Positions 36,782 through 46,470 of a stretch of 64,000 nucleotides of DNA are shown here, in pieces. Numbering within the stretch: position 1 is the stretch's first letter; every line of letters starts with the position of its first letter. The translations under genes were made by a program, and so were the position numbers. The notes beneath the pieces are model-generated. The model was not told where the DNA came from. It searched no databases and saw nothing but the letters and a program-made list of their open reading frames with translations. Origin of the DNA: Patescibacteria group bacterium (GTDB lineage Bacteria; Patescibacteriota; Patescibacteriia; UBA11705; DATKZF01); the NCBI GenBank assembly GCA_049319825.1, contig JBMORT010000002.1, positions 204,072 to 268,071 of the forward strand, written 5' to 3'.

Positions 36782-37342
36782 ATGTTAAAATCACAACTCG
36801 AAAGTATTTTATTCGCATCCACCAAGCCTGTCTCAGTTAAGGACCTGCAGAGATTTTTTAAAAAATCTAATTTAAAAATTGATAAAACCGAAATTAGTGT
36901 CGCGCTCGGCGCATTGATGCTGGAATATAATGTTGATCATAAGGGCGTGCACATTATTAATGTCGAGGATAAATATCAAATGGTCACCAACCCCAGCAAT
37001 AAAGATTTGGTTGAAAAAATGATAAAACTCGATCGTACCGGCGAGCTAACGCAGCCGTCCTTGGAAACCTTGACGATCATCGCGTATCGGGGCCCGATTT
37101 CCAAGATTGAACTGGAGCAGATCAGAGGCGTGAATTGCAGCTTGATCATAAGGAATTTGATGATCCGCGGATTAATTGATACGACCATAAACGATGTTAA
37201 TGGACAGGAAATGTATAATATTACCACCGAGTTTTTGCAGTTTTTGGGGATGAACACCGTCGATGAGTTGCCTGATTACGCCAAGCTGCACCAGATAGAA
37301 AGCTTGGATGAGTTTTTGGGGAAAGGCAACCCTGCCGAATAA
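36782..37342 (+). CDS. scpB: segregation and condensation protein B
   Basis: LESILFAS..PVSV..L N-terminus, ~186 aa. Confidence 0.75.
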   Translation: MLKSQLESILFASTKPVSVKDLQRFFKKSNLKIDKTEISVALGALMLEYNVDHKGVHIINVEDKYQMVTNPSNKDLVEKMIKLDRTGELTQPSLETLTIIAYRGPISKIELEQIRGVNCSLIIRNLMIRGLIDTTINDVNGQEMYNITTEFLQFLGMNTVDELPDYAKLHQIESLDEFLGKGNPAE

Positions 37343-37344
37343 TT

Positions 37345-38232
37345 ATGATTGAATTTGTCATATCGCTAATATTACTGTTAAATCCCATAGCCGCGCCGGC
37401 CGCGCCGAATATTTTTAATTTTTCAGTTCAGGAATCCGGACCGCAAAAGATTCAAAACGGCAATATGGGAGTGAAGCTGACCGCCTCAAATTTCATTGCC
37501 AAAGACGTTGAGTCCGGGGCAATCTTATATTCCTCGGGTGAAAATGAGCAGACTCCTTTGGCGAGCTTGACCAAGCTGATGACCGCGCTGGTTTTTTCGG
37601 ATACCAATCCCGAATGGCAATCCCAGATCGAACTGACCCAAAAAGATGAAACTGACGGCGCTTATCCTCATGTATATCGCGGAGAGAAAGTAACCATTGA
37701 AAATCTTTTCAATTCCATGCTGATTTCCTCCGATAACAATTCAGCGGAAGCATTGGTCAGATCGACCGGGTTATCTTCAGAAAAATTTGTTGAAAGGATG
37801 AATATGCTGGCGGCCAATAATGATCTGAAACAAACTCATTTCGTCGATCCCACGGGATTATCGGCGGAAAATGTATCCAGCGCGGCTGACGTGGCGCGGT
37901 TACTGGAGTTGGCGGTATTAAACGATGATATTCGAAAAGCGTTATCACATAAAACTTATAGTTTTGATATATTAAACAGTAATAAAATCAGAAAAATTTA
38001 TACCACCAATCAATTACTGGATAGCTTTTTAAACTCAGAAAAAAGCGGCTACGCCATAATTGGCGGTAAGACCGGGTTTTTGCCGGAAGCGGGCGGTTGT
38101 TTGGCGGTCATGATCGAAAAAGACGGACGGCGGATCATTTCAGTCGTTTTGGGCAGCAGCAATTACGATACTCGTTTTCAGGATACGAAAGCATTGGTTG
38201 ACTGGGTGTTTTTAAATTATCAGTGGGAATGA
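37345..38232 (+). CDS. D-alanyl-D-alanine carboxypeptidase (peptidase S11, low-MW PBP)
   Basis: SxxK (LASLTKLM), SxN (SSDNNS), KTG (GGKTGF) motifs. Confidence 0.75.
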   Translation: MIEFVISLILLLNPIAAPAAPNIFNFSVQESGPQKIQNGNMGVKLTASNFIAKDVESGAILYSSGENEQTPLASLTKLMTALVFSDTNPEWQSQIELTQKDETDGAYPHVYRGEKVTIENLFNSMLISSDNNSAEALVRSTGLSSEKFVERMNMLAANNDLKQTHFVDPTGLSAENVSSAADVARLLELAVLNDDIRKALSHKTYSFDILNSNKIRKIYTTNQLLDSFLNSEKSGYAIIGGKTGFLPEAGGCLAVMIEKDGRRIISVVLGSSNYDTRFQDTKALVDWVFLNYQWE

Positions 38233-38333
38233 TCCGAATTTTCGATTCGAAATATCCCAAATGACCCGAATTGGCAGGACGAAGATGTAATATTCGTGGC
38301 ATTCGGATACATTCGGGGATTCGGATTATATAT

Positions 38334-38834
38334 ATGATTCAATCAATCATCGATTTCTTCAGTCGGCTGGATCCGCGATGGGCCACTTTTTGGCTGTCAA
38401 TGATTCCGGTGACAGAGCTTCGGGCCGCCATCCCCATTGCGCTGAGCGTCTATAAGCTTTCGGTGGCGCAAACAATAATATTTGCCGTGCTCGGTGATAT
38501 TTTGCCTGCAATTTTTATATTGTTTGGATTTGAGAAAGCCAGCAGTTATTTGGCGGGGAAGTCAAATACTTATAAAAAATTTCAGGATTGGCTTTTCGAG
38601 CGGACAAGAAAGAAATTTGAAAAAAAATATCATAAATATGGATTGATCGGTCTGGCGCTTTTCGTGGCGATTCCGCTGCCGGGAACAGGCTCATGGACCG
38701 GATCGATCGCCGCTTTTCTTTTCGGTCTGGAAAAAAAGAGAGCATTGATTTTTATTTTGCTGGGTGTTATTATGGCTTCAATTTTAGTAACCTTGCTGAG
38801 TTTGGGTGTGATTCACATAAATCACGCAATATGA
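38334..38834 (+). CDS. small membrane protein (COG2426-like putative small multidrug export family)
   Basis: ATG at 38334 preceded by ATTCGG repeat array; 4 TM. Confidence 0.45.
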   Translation: MIQSIIDFFSRLDPRWATFWLSMIPVTELRAAIPIALSVYKLSVAQTIIFAVLGDILPAIFILFGFEKASSYLAGKSNTYKKFQDWLFERTRKKFEKKYHKYGLIGLALFVAIPLPGTGSWTGSIAAFLFGLEKKRALIFILLGVIMASILVTLLSLGVIHINHAI

Positions 38835-39271
38835 AAATAACGATTTGCGGTTCAATCGCGTTTTTCGATGAAATGCAGAAGATTCATGATAATTTGCTGC
38901 AGTTGGGGCATGAAGTGAAGATTCCTCCGACAGAAATCGCCGATAATCAAGGCAAGCTGATTTCAGTCAAACGTTATTATGAAATGAGAAAAGAGGAAAA
39001 TGACGATGTCAGTTGGATTTGGGAAAAAAAGAAAAAAGCGATGCGCGCTCATTTTGAAAAAGTCGAGTGGGCCGATGCCATTTTGGTATTAAATTACAAT
39101 AAGAACGGCATTGAAAATTATATCGGTGCCAATACTTTCCTGGAAATGGGATTGGCCTTCCACTTGGGAAAGACGATATATTTATTGAATCCGATTCCCG
39201 ATATTTCATATAAAGAAGAATTGCTGGCGATGTTTCCATGTGTAATTAATGGTGATTTAACTCAATTATGA
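38831..39271 (+). CDS. nucleoside 2-deoxyribosyltransferase-like protein
   Basis: ATGA overlap with previous gene; ITICGS...LEMGLAFHLGKTIYLL pattern. Confidence 0.4.
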   Translation: MKITICGSIAFFDEMQKIHDNLLQLGHEVKIPPTEIADNQGKLISVKRYYEMRKEENDDVSWIWEKKKKAMRAHFEKVEWADAILVLNYNKNGIENYIGANTFLEMGLAFHLGKTIYLLNPIPDISYKEELLAMFPCVINGDLTQL

Positions 39272-40395
39272 AAATAGGCGTCGACTGCCGAAAAATATTC
39301 AACCCGATTACCAACGAAGGCGCTGGCATTGAGCGTTATGTGTTTAATTTGGTGAAAAATTTAATTGAAATTGATGAAAACAATCAGTATGTCTTATTCG
39401 TGCCGAAAAGATATCCTCAAGAGGCATTAGACATATTAATAAAGCGCCAAGCCAATGTAAAATTAATACCAATAAGCGACGGTAAGATTCCGTTTTTTTC
39501 CAATCATTTACTTTTCGCGCTCGAGCTTCGAAGAGCATCGCTTGATTTGGCGATCTTTCCCGCCAATACCATTCCAATCGGATATAATCGTCGTTCTTTT
39601 TTGTTTATTCATGATTTGATCATTTACAAACATCCTGAATGGTTTCCGGCCGGGCAATTTTTTTCCAGAAAAATTGCGGTTCCGCTGAGTATAAAAAAAT
39701 CAGATAAAATATTGGCGATTTCTCAGGCGGTAAAAACCGATTTGGAACAATTATTCGGAGTTCAGAGCAATAAAATCAAGATCATCTATCCGTCCATCGA
39801 TATTTATACCGAGGTCGACGAAGAAACGGAAAATAAGATTATCGCCAAATATAATTTGAAAAAGCGATATATTTTTTTCGTCGGCACTATAGAACCGAGG
39901 AAAAATTTGGAAAATTTAATTAGGGCATTTACAAAAATTTCATCTGCCATGGCCGATGTCGATTTGTACATCGCCGGCAATATCGGTTGGCATTATGAGC
40001 GCATTTTTCAGGCGGCCAAAACCTCCGGCGGCAAATCGAATATTCGATTTTTGGGAGCTGTCTCGAACCGCGAAAAATTGGTTTTAATGAAAGAGGCGAT
40101 GATTTTCGCTTTCATTTCATGGGACGAGGGTTTTGGCATGCCGGTATTGGAAGCGATGAAAATCGGACTGCCGGTGATCACCTCGAGCTGCGGCGGATTG
40201 GGTGAACTTGTTTATGATCAGCGTCAAATCGTTCGGCCGGGCGATGTTAATGATATTGCCGCAAAATTAAAAAATCTCCTGGAAGATCAGGAAATTCGTA
40301 AGAATATCATTGAAAAACAAAGAAAATGGGCGGAAAATTTCAGCTGGCGGATCTCCGTTCAAAAACTGTTAAAAATTATAGAAGGCGAACAATAA
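39268..40395 (+). CDS. glycosyltransferase family 4 (GT-B, group 1)
   Basis: FVGTIEPRKN..L and EGFG..E..A.G.PV motifs. Confidence 0.8.
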   Translation: MKIGVDCRKIFNPITNEGAGIERYVFNLVKNLIEIDENNQYVLFVPKRYPQEALDILIKRQANVKLIPISDGKIPFFSNHLLFALELRRASLDLAIFPANTIPIGYNRRSFLFIHDLIIYKHPEWFPAGQFFSRKIAVPLSIKKSDKILAISQAVKTDLEQLFGVQSNKIKIIYPSIDIYTEVDEETENKIIAKYNLKKRYIFFVGTIEPRKNLENLIRAFTKISSAMADVDLYIAGNIGWHYERIFQAAKTSGGKSNIRFLGAVSNREKLVLMKEAMIFAFISWDEGFGMPVLEAMKIGLPVITSSCGGLGELVYDQRQIVRPGDVNDIAAKLKNLLEDQEIRKNIIEKQRKWAENFSWRISVQKLLKIIEGEQ

Positions 40396-40833
40396 AATCA
40401 ATATTGCCAGTTGCATCATCAGCCCGGTAGACAGGCTGATTTTTTTTGTTTTGAATATATCATGGAAAAATTCGTGCGCCTGATAAAATCTTCTGAACAA
40501 TTTGGGATAAACCTCGTGAACTCCCACCAATAAGTCGGGCAGCAGCGATCCGGCTAAGGCCATGAAGATAGCTAGGTAACTGATGATATTATTATGAAAC
40601 TTTATCAGCCAAAATAAATTGAATGCCAGGCATAGGCCAATATCAATTAAAATCAGCTGTACGATTTGTTTCGGCTTGGTTTTGGCGCGATATTCCTCTA
40701 TCAAATTTTGATCGCCATGGGGAATCATGTCCATGATAAAATGAGCGATAAAGGCAATGATGAACGCCAGCCACCAATTGTTAGTTTTTTGTCCGATTAA
40801 AACGCCGGTCGCGGCGTGAACGGTTAATAGCAT
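40369..40833 (-). CDS. membrane-bound metal-dependent hydrolase-like protein (YdjM/DUF457-like)
   Basis: His-rich TM helices; ATG at 40833 with GATCCATGATCCATG directly upstream. Confidence 0.4.
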   Translation of the reverse strand: MLLTVHAATGVLIGQKTNNWWLAFIIAFIAHFIMDMIPHGDQNLIEEYRAKTKPKQIVQLILIDIGLCLAFNLFWLIKFHNNIISYLAIFMALAGSLLPDLLVGVHEVYPKLFRRFYQAHEFFHDIFKTKKISLSTGLMMQLAILILLFAFYNF

Positions 40834-40911
40834 ATAGCATGGATCATGGATCAATTCAATGATTTTTTATTTATTTCATGTCGAATGCCCCATGTTCCAT
40901 CAGTCATTATA

Positions 40912-41859
40912 TCACAAGTCAACATTAAGTATAGATACCTCCGGTGGATTAAATAAACGCGCGCGCGGGCCGGTTTCTCCCACTCCCGGAGTTATAAACA
41001 ATTGAGTTTGATCGAATCGAAACAATCCGGTGTCAAATTTTCTTCCCAGCTCATCCGGCAGCGGAGATAACGGGCCTATCAGCGGCAGCCTGATTTGGCC
41101 GGCATGCGTGTGACCGCTGAGCATAATATCGACCTGGTTATTCGCTTCCAGTATGTAATCAGGGTTGTGACAGAGCATCAGACTGGGAATTGATTCATTT
41201 ATCCCGGACAAAGCTTTTTCCAAATCAGCCTCGCCGGTCCAGATTTCCTTGATGCCGATGATGTTGAATTGCTGACTATTGATTGTTAATTGTTGATTGT
41301 CGTTTTCCAGCAGGGCAAGGTTATACTTTCGCAGCATTTGTCGGAGCACGTATGTTTTATCTTGTTGCTGCGAGCTTTTGAATTCAGAAAGGTGATAGTC
41401 ATGGTTGCCGCTGATGACAACCAGCGGAAATTTCCCACTGAGTTTTAATATCGGTTCGAGATATTTGGCATTTTCTCCGGCGCCATAAATATAGTCGCCG
41501 AGTAAAACTATCAGATCAGGATTTTGTTGATCTATGGTGTCAGCGATTTTTTGGCTGTAATTATATTTTTTAAATGGCCCAAAATGAGGATCGGAAACGG
41601 CCGCTATCTTAATGCGATCCGGCGATTCATTTTTTTTGATATCAACTGAATATTCTTTAACCGTGACCAGCTTGGGTTCGATGAAGCTGCCATAAAATAC
41701 TACGACAAAACCGACAATCAATATAATTCCGATTATCAATTTCCAAGCGTGTCTGCTGCCGTGTTTAAAACAAAAAAATGCCTTTAACAATTTATAGGCA
41801 AATAAGGCGCTGAATATAAGGAATGAATCGGTTATTATTTCAAAAGCGTAGAAAATCAT
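40912..41859 (-). CDS. calcineurin-like metallophosphoesterase, membrane anchored
   Basis: DPHFG, GDYIYG, GNHDY, GHTHAGQ motifs. Confidence 0.75.
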   Translation of the reverse strand: MIFYAFEIITDSFLIFSALFAYKLLKAFFCFKHGSRHAWKLIIGIILIVGFVVVFYGSFIEPKLVTVKEYSVDIKKNESPDRIKIAAVSDPHFGPFKKYNYSQKIADTIDQQNPDLIVLLGDYIYGAGENAKYLEPILKLSGKFPLVVISGNHDYHLSEFKSSQQQDKTYVLRQMLRKYNLALLENDNQQLTINSQQFNIIGIKEIWTGEADLEKALSGINESIPSLMLCHNPDYILEANNQVDIMLSGHTHAGQIRLPLIGPLSPLPDELGRKFDTGLFRFDQTQLFITPGVGETGPRARLFNPPEVSILNVDL

Positions 41860-41911
41860 CGTTATAAAAATTAAAGGTAACGTTTATGTATTAGAACGAT
41901 TTTAAATATTT

Positions 41912-41987
41912 TGGTAGCGGGGAGGGGACTCGAACCCCTGACCTCCAGGTTATGGGCCTGGCGAGCTGCCAACTGCTCTACCCCGCG
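41912..41987 (-). tRNA. tRNA-Met (CAU), initiator-type
   Basis: cloverleaf with anticodon loop CCCAUAA, A11:U24, mismatched 1:72 (C x U), encoded CCA. Confidence 0.8.
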
Positions 41988-42059
41988 ATAAAAAAAATAA
42001 TGTGGCTGTGCCATTCGAAGCGCACGCAATCAATGCGATAATTCAGTATATTCCTGTCG

Positions 42060-42079
42060 TTCTTCGCTGGCGCGAAGAA
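42060..42079 (-). other. tRNA 3'-trailer hairpin TTCTTCGC-tggc-GCGAAGAA abutting tRNA 3' end
   Basis: 8-bp stem ends 1 nt before CCA of tRNA 42080..42156. Confidence 0.5.
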
Positions 42080-42156
42080 TGGTAGCAGGGGCGGGGATCG
42101 AACCCGCGACCTGAGGGTTATGATTCCTCCGCTCTAGCCAACTGAGCTACCCTGCC
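42080..42156 (-). tRNA. tRNA with CAU anticodon (elongator Met or Ile2-lysidine)
   Basis: cloverleaf, loop AUCAUAA, C11:G24, encoded CCA. Confidence 0.75.
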
Positions 42157-42256
42157 CCACGGAAAATAAAAAATACCGTTTTAAGGTTCTTAAATATTAT
42201 AGCAAACATATGAATTCTTGGCAAGAAAAGATTAAAAAAGAGCATAATTTATGCTC

Positions 42257-43165
42257 TTATCGAAGTTTAATCTGAATCCATTTCTCAGCCGTGCTTTTTC
42301 TGTAATAAATTTGAATGTAGCTTTCGGTCTTTTCCGAGCGCAGGCTTTTTCGCAGCAGCAGCTGCGCCGCATGCAGCTCAGGGACGATTTCCGGGTCCAG
42401 TTCCAGCCCCAGGAATTGATACAGTTGAGGGCCGACCTTGAAATTCGTTTTTTCGACCAGCAGCTGCTTTGTCAGATCATACAAGGCCTGCTGATCAGGC
42501 GACATTGTTTTTTCTTCAGTGAATTTCGCGAAAAACGCGCTGATCAAGTCAAGCGCTTTGGCCGCGAGTTCCGGCTCGATCCTGGTAATGTGTGCGACGA
42601 TCGCCCTGACTCTTCTCAGGCCGTCAGAGGAGTCGATGGTGATCTGGCTGCGTAGCTTGCCAGCCTCATCAATCAGTCGATGATACACATGGCTGCTCAG
42701 ATAATCATTGCGATGCGCCAGAGCTTCAAGGACACGATTGTTAAGTGCGAATACCTGATCGACCAGATCATCTGTTTCTTTTTTCTCGGTTTCGACTTGT
42801 TGCCTTAAAGTCGCCAACTCTATCTCCAGGAGTTTGATTCTATGCTGGTGATCTTTAATATGCTTTCTGGCAATATCCCGTTTCTCGGTTAGCTTATCGG
42901 TGTCAACTTCCCAATCTTTGACAATATTTTGCCACGTCAGATGCTTTTTCGTTCCGAAAAGTCGGACGGTGACATTGGCCAGATCGGCGGCCGCTTTTCG
43001 GAATCGGTTATATCCCTGAGTCCACTTGGCTCTGGCCTTTGCTTCTACCTCAACCCATACGGAAAGTCCTTTTTTCAATTTGCAAAGCAATGATTCTTTT
43101 TGCTGAATCGGGTTTGGCTTTTTGGCCACGATTCTTCTCCTTTTCCTTGTCGTGATATTGAACAC
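42257..43165 (-). CDS. hypothetical coiled-coil protein
   Basis: 302-aa ORF, heptad-rich; alternative GTG start with GGAGA RBS at ~43127. Confidence 0.45.
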   Translation of the reverse strand: MFNITTRKRRRIVAKKPNPIQQKESLLCKLKKGLSVWVEVEAKARAKWTQGYNRFRKAAADLANVTVRLFGTKKHLTWQNIVKDWEVDTDKLTEKRDIARKHIKDHQHRIKLLEIELATLRQQVETEKKETDDLVDQVFALNNRVLEALAHRNDYLSSHVYHRLIDEAGKLRSQITIDSSDGLRRVRAIVAHITRIEPELAAKALDLISAFFAKFTEEKTMSPDQQALYDLTKQLLVEKTNFKVGPQLYQFLGLELDPEIVPELHAAQLLLRKSLRSEKTESYIQIYYRKSTAEKWIQIKLR

Positions 43166-43417
43166 GATATTCTATGTTAAAATTTTATTATAAAAATGTC
43201 AAGAAAAAAAATCCCTTAAAAGGGAAATGTGGCTGCGCCAGCCTTAGCGCAGTAGCTTGTCAGTAAAAGAAAACGTGAATTTTCAAGGCCCTTCTTCGCT
43301 GAAGCGACGAAGGGCATTCTTCGCTCTGCACAATGGCCGTGCCAGCCGTAGCGCCAGCCAATTATTACGTTTACTGCTGATCAAGATGTCGTCCTTCGCG
43401 TAAAGCTTCGGACGACA

Positions 43418-43437
43418 GCCTTCGCTGGCGCGAAGGC
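43418..43437 (-). other. tRNA 3'-trailer hairpin GCCTTCGC-tggc-GCGAAGGC abutting tRNA-Leu 3' end
   Basis: same architecture and loop as 42060..42079. Confidence 0.5.
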
Positions 43438-43524
43438 TGGTGCCGCCGGTCGGAGTCGAACCGACATGGACGTAAGCCCACACGATTTTGAGTCGTGCGC
43501 GTCTACCAGTTCCGCCACGGCGGC
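43438..43524 (-). tRNA. tRNA-Leu (CAA)
   Basis: 87 nt, long variable arm, anticodon loop CUCAAAA, encoded CCA. Confidence 0.85.
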
Positions 43525-43839
43525 ATGAAAAATTAATAATCTTTTTTAATCCACTAATTACTTAAATATTTAATATTTCCTTATTTATTAATGTTTTTCA
43601 ATATTCTTTACCGATACCTGATTTTTAAATATTTTTCTCTTTCTCTTGCTGCCGTTCTTGATAAAAATTTTTCTATCAAAATTGTTTTAAATGGCTTATA
43701 TGGTTTCGTGGTTCTATTGTATCCCAAATTGTGCTGTTTTATTCTTCTTGCTGGATTATCAGATATGCCAACCTATATGTATGTTCTTGCTACGCTAGAA
43801 ATCGCATAAGTAAAGTAGCTTTTCATATGAAAAAAATAT

Positions 43840-43893
43840 GTCGTGCGCGCCTGCCTGCCGGCAGGCAGGTCTACCAATTTCGCCACGGCGGCA
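43840..43893 (-). pseudogene. truncated tRNA-Leu 5' fragment interrupted by a perfect 20-bp palindrome
   Basis: matches tRNA-Leu nt 1-24 and 25-34 with CCTGCCTGCCGGCAGGCAGG inserted between. Confidence 0.5.
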
Positions 43894-44042
43894 ATATGAT
43901 TACGTGAAACATTATACTACAATTAGCAAAAATTGTCAAAAAGGAACGGATATATTATAATGAAATGGAGTTTATGAATCGGATATCAGGCGGGATATTG
44001 GCCGGAAGTAGATGCTTATTTAATTACCACCAATTATACAAT

Positions 44043-44807
44043 ATGGGCAAAATCGTCTCAATCGTCAATCAAAAAGGGGGAGTGGGTAAAACCACCACGG
44101 CCATAAATTTGTGCGCGTATCTGGCGGAATTCGGCAAATTCGTATTGCTTGTCGACATGGATCCGCAGGCCAACGCCACCAGCGGATTGGGGATAGACTA
44201 TCAAAATATCGATTACGGCCTTTATGAGGTGCTGATCGGAGAGAAATATTTTAAGGATATTGTTTTACCGACTAAGCACCAGGGCTTTCGCATTGCTCCG
44301 GCCACGCCGAATTTGGCCGGCGCCGGGGTGGAGATGGTCGGTCTGGATCGCCGGGAATTCAGGCTTCAGGACGCGTTGCTCGAAGTCAAGGGAGACTATG
44401 ACTATATATTCATTGACTGCCCGCCATCGCTGGGGCTTTTGACATTAAACAGTTTGGTGGCGGCTGATGAAATATTGATTCCGGTGCAGGCCGAGTACTA
44501 TGCTCTCGAGGGCTTGGGACAGCTCATGTACACGGTTGATTTAGTCAAGGAAAATTTAAAACCGGAAATAGACATCATGGGCGCGGTGATTACCATGTTT
44601 GATAAGAGAAATAATTTGTCAGAGCAGATAATGAATGAACTGTATCAATATTTTCCAAATAAAATTTTTCGGTCAGTGGTTCCAAGGAACGTGCGCCTGA
44701 CAGAGGCTCCCAGTCACGGCCTGTCTATTATTCACTATGATGCGGCTTCGAGCGGCAGCAAGGCTTATGAGAGGCTGGCGAGGGAGATAATTGATTTAGA
44801 AAAATAA
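44043..44807 (+). CDS. parA: ParA/Soj chromosome partitioning ATPase
   Basis: deviant Walker A KGGVGKTTT; first ATG after TTGTCA-17-TATAAT promoter. Confidence 0.85.
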   Translation: MGKIVSIVNQKGGVGKTTTAINLCAYLAEFGKFVLLVDMDPQANATSGLGIDYQNIDYGLYEVLIGEKYFKDIVLPTKHQGFRIAPATPNLAGAGVEMVGLDRREFRLQDALLEVKGDYDYIFIDCPPSLGLLTLNSLVAADEILIPVQAEYYALEGLGQLMYTVDLVKENLKPEIDIMGAVITMFDKRNNLSEQIMNELYQYFPNKIFRSVVPRNVRLTEAPSHGLSIIHYDAASSGSKAYERLAREIIDLEK

Positions 44808-44905
44808 GATATACGGACATTCGGAAAGGTTACAGAAGCTACAAAAGTTGCTTTTCTGTGATTTCCTAGCTTTCCGTAAGTCCGTAACTTTAAATAAAAA
44901 TAAAT

Positions 44906-45787
44906 ATGATACAAAAAAAAGGTTTGGGCCGGGGCCTGGGCTCGTTGATACCTAAAAAGGTTTCTCCCAGTCTGGTGCGGGAAGAAAACAAGGAAATGGT
45001 TTTAGAGCCGAGCAAAGATCAAATCGTCCAAATCCCGGTCGAAAAAATCGAGCCTAATCCGATGCAGCCCAGACAGGTCTTCAGTCATCAGGATCTGGAG
45101 GAATTAATCGAATCGATTAAACATTACGGTATCCTGCAGCCGCTGGTGGTCACGAAAGCGGGCGAGATGTATCAGCTGATCGCTGGCGAGCGGCGCTGGC
45201 GGGCGTCAAAAGTCATCGGTCTGGAAAAGGTGCCGGTTATTGTCAGGGATGCCACTGAGCAGGAAAAGCTGGAATTGTCATTGATAGAAAATATCCAAAG
45301 AAAAAATTTAAATCCGATCGAAGAGGCGGCCAGCTATCAGCGTTTAGCCAATGAATTTAATTTAACTCAAGAGGAAATCGCCGCTAAGCTCGGAAAATCA
45401 AGGCCGAAAATAGCCAATACCATCAGATTGCTACAATTGCCTGAAAAAATTCAGCGCGCGCTGGTGGAGGAGAAAATCACCGAAGGCCATGCGCGGGTGA
45501 TACTCAGCCTGCCGACGGAAAAGCAGCAGCTTGATTTTTTGAATAAAATTTTGCAAAATGAATTTACTGTTAGAGAGGCGGAAACCCAGGCGAGAAAAGC
45601 TTCCGGCCGAAAGCCGAAAGTGCTAAAGAGCCTAAAGGACCCGCTGACTGAAGCTCAGAAAGAAGAGCTGCGCCAGAAGCTTAATACCAAAGTCGATATT
45701 AAAAAATCAGCCGGCCGCGGACAAATATTAATTGATTTTTATTCGGAGGAAGAGCTCGGCGAATTGATCAAAAAAATTTGCGATTAA
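44906..45787 (+). CDS. parB: ParB/Spo0J partition protein
   Basis: KGLGRGL N-terminus, ParB box GERRWRA, HTH region. Confidence 0.85.
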   Translation: MIQKKGLGRGLGSLIPKKVSPSLVREENKEMVLEPSKDQIVQIPVEKIEPNPMQPRQVFSHQDLEELIESIKHYGILQPLVVTKAGEMYQLIAGERRWRASKVIGLEKVPVIVRDATEQEKLELSLIENIQRKNLNPIEEAASYQRLANEFNLTQEEIAAKLGKSRPKIANTIRLLQLPEKIQRALVEEKITEGHARVILSLPTEKQQLDFLNKILQNEFTVREAETQARKASGRKPKVLKSLKDPLTEAQKEELRQKLNTKVDIKKSAGRGQILIDFYSEEELGELIKKICD

Positions 45788-45808
45788 TATTATCTCGTAA
45801 CAATATAT

Positions 45809-46369
45809 ATGAAAAAATTTAAATTTCTAATCGCTCTATTAATTGTTCCTTTGTTAATTTCAGCCTGCAGCTGCCAAAAGCAGCCGACAGATAGAGATCA
45901 CGTTGAGCTGCTCGTGCCCGATGATGTCAAGGGCAAGGTAAAGGACTGGGTCGTTTATACCAACCCGGCGTTTCGCTACGAGCTGCGCTCTCCAGAAAAT
46001 TGGGAAATATTGGATCTGAATAAAACCGGTGAGGATGTGTATTTTTATGAAAAAGGGAAAAGCATCACCGACGATTATAAGGGGGAGCTCAGGATTCTGG
46101 GATTTTCCAATTGGCTGGAAAAACTGTCCATTGACGAATTTATAAAATCAAAGGCGCCGACCAATTATTACGCCATCAGTGCCGGAGAAGATCGACAGGA
46201 AATTCAATTCAGGGACTTTTACGCCATACGTTTTGATAATGTGGAGATCGCCGAAAATCAGCTGATCGACGTATTGGCGATAGATGGCCGAGACAGGATA
46301 ATTTTGATAGAGCTTCGCGGTACAAAAAAAGATATTGAAACGATTCTGGGCAGCATGTATTTTTATTAA
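45809..46369 (+). CDS. putative lipoprotein
   Basis: signal peptide with LISAC lipobox. Confidence 0.5.
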   Translation: MKKFKFLIALLIVPLLISACSCQKQPTDRDHVELLVPDDVKGKVKDWVVYTNPAFRYELRSPENWEILDLNKTGEDVYFYEKGKSITDDYKGELRILGFSNWLEKLSIDEFIKSKAPTNYYAISAGEDRQEIQFRDFYAIRFDNVEIAENQLIDVLAIDGRDRIILIELRGTKKDIETILGSMYFY

Positions 46370-46438
46370 TGGTCAATAATTAAAGATTAAAGCAAATATC
46401 GAGCGGTGCTTTCGCCGCGCAAAAAAATTAAAAATAAT

Positions 46439-46470
46439 AAGACCGAGAGTGTTTTCTCGGTCTTTTTTTT
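46439..46470. terminator. bidirectional terminator AAGACCGAGA-gtgtt-TTCTCGGTCTT + T9
   Basis: 10-bp stem between convergent genes. Confidence 0.6.

Noticed and set aside
43591-43809. 72-aa plus-strand ORF between tRNA-Leu and the tRNA fragment
   Set aside because: AT-rich, Phe/Leu/Tyr-biased translation typical of random ORFs in AT-rich DNA.
43525-43964. oriC with DnaA boxes next to parAB
   Set aside because: No convincing TTATCCACA clusters; only a single degenerate parS-like half site. dnaA is not in the window.
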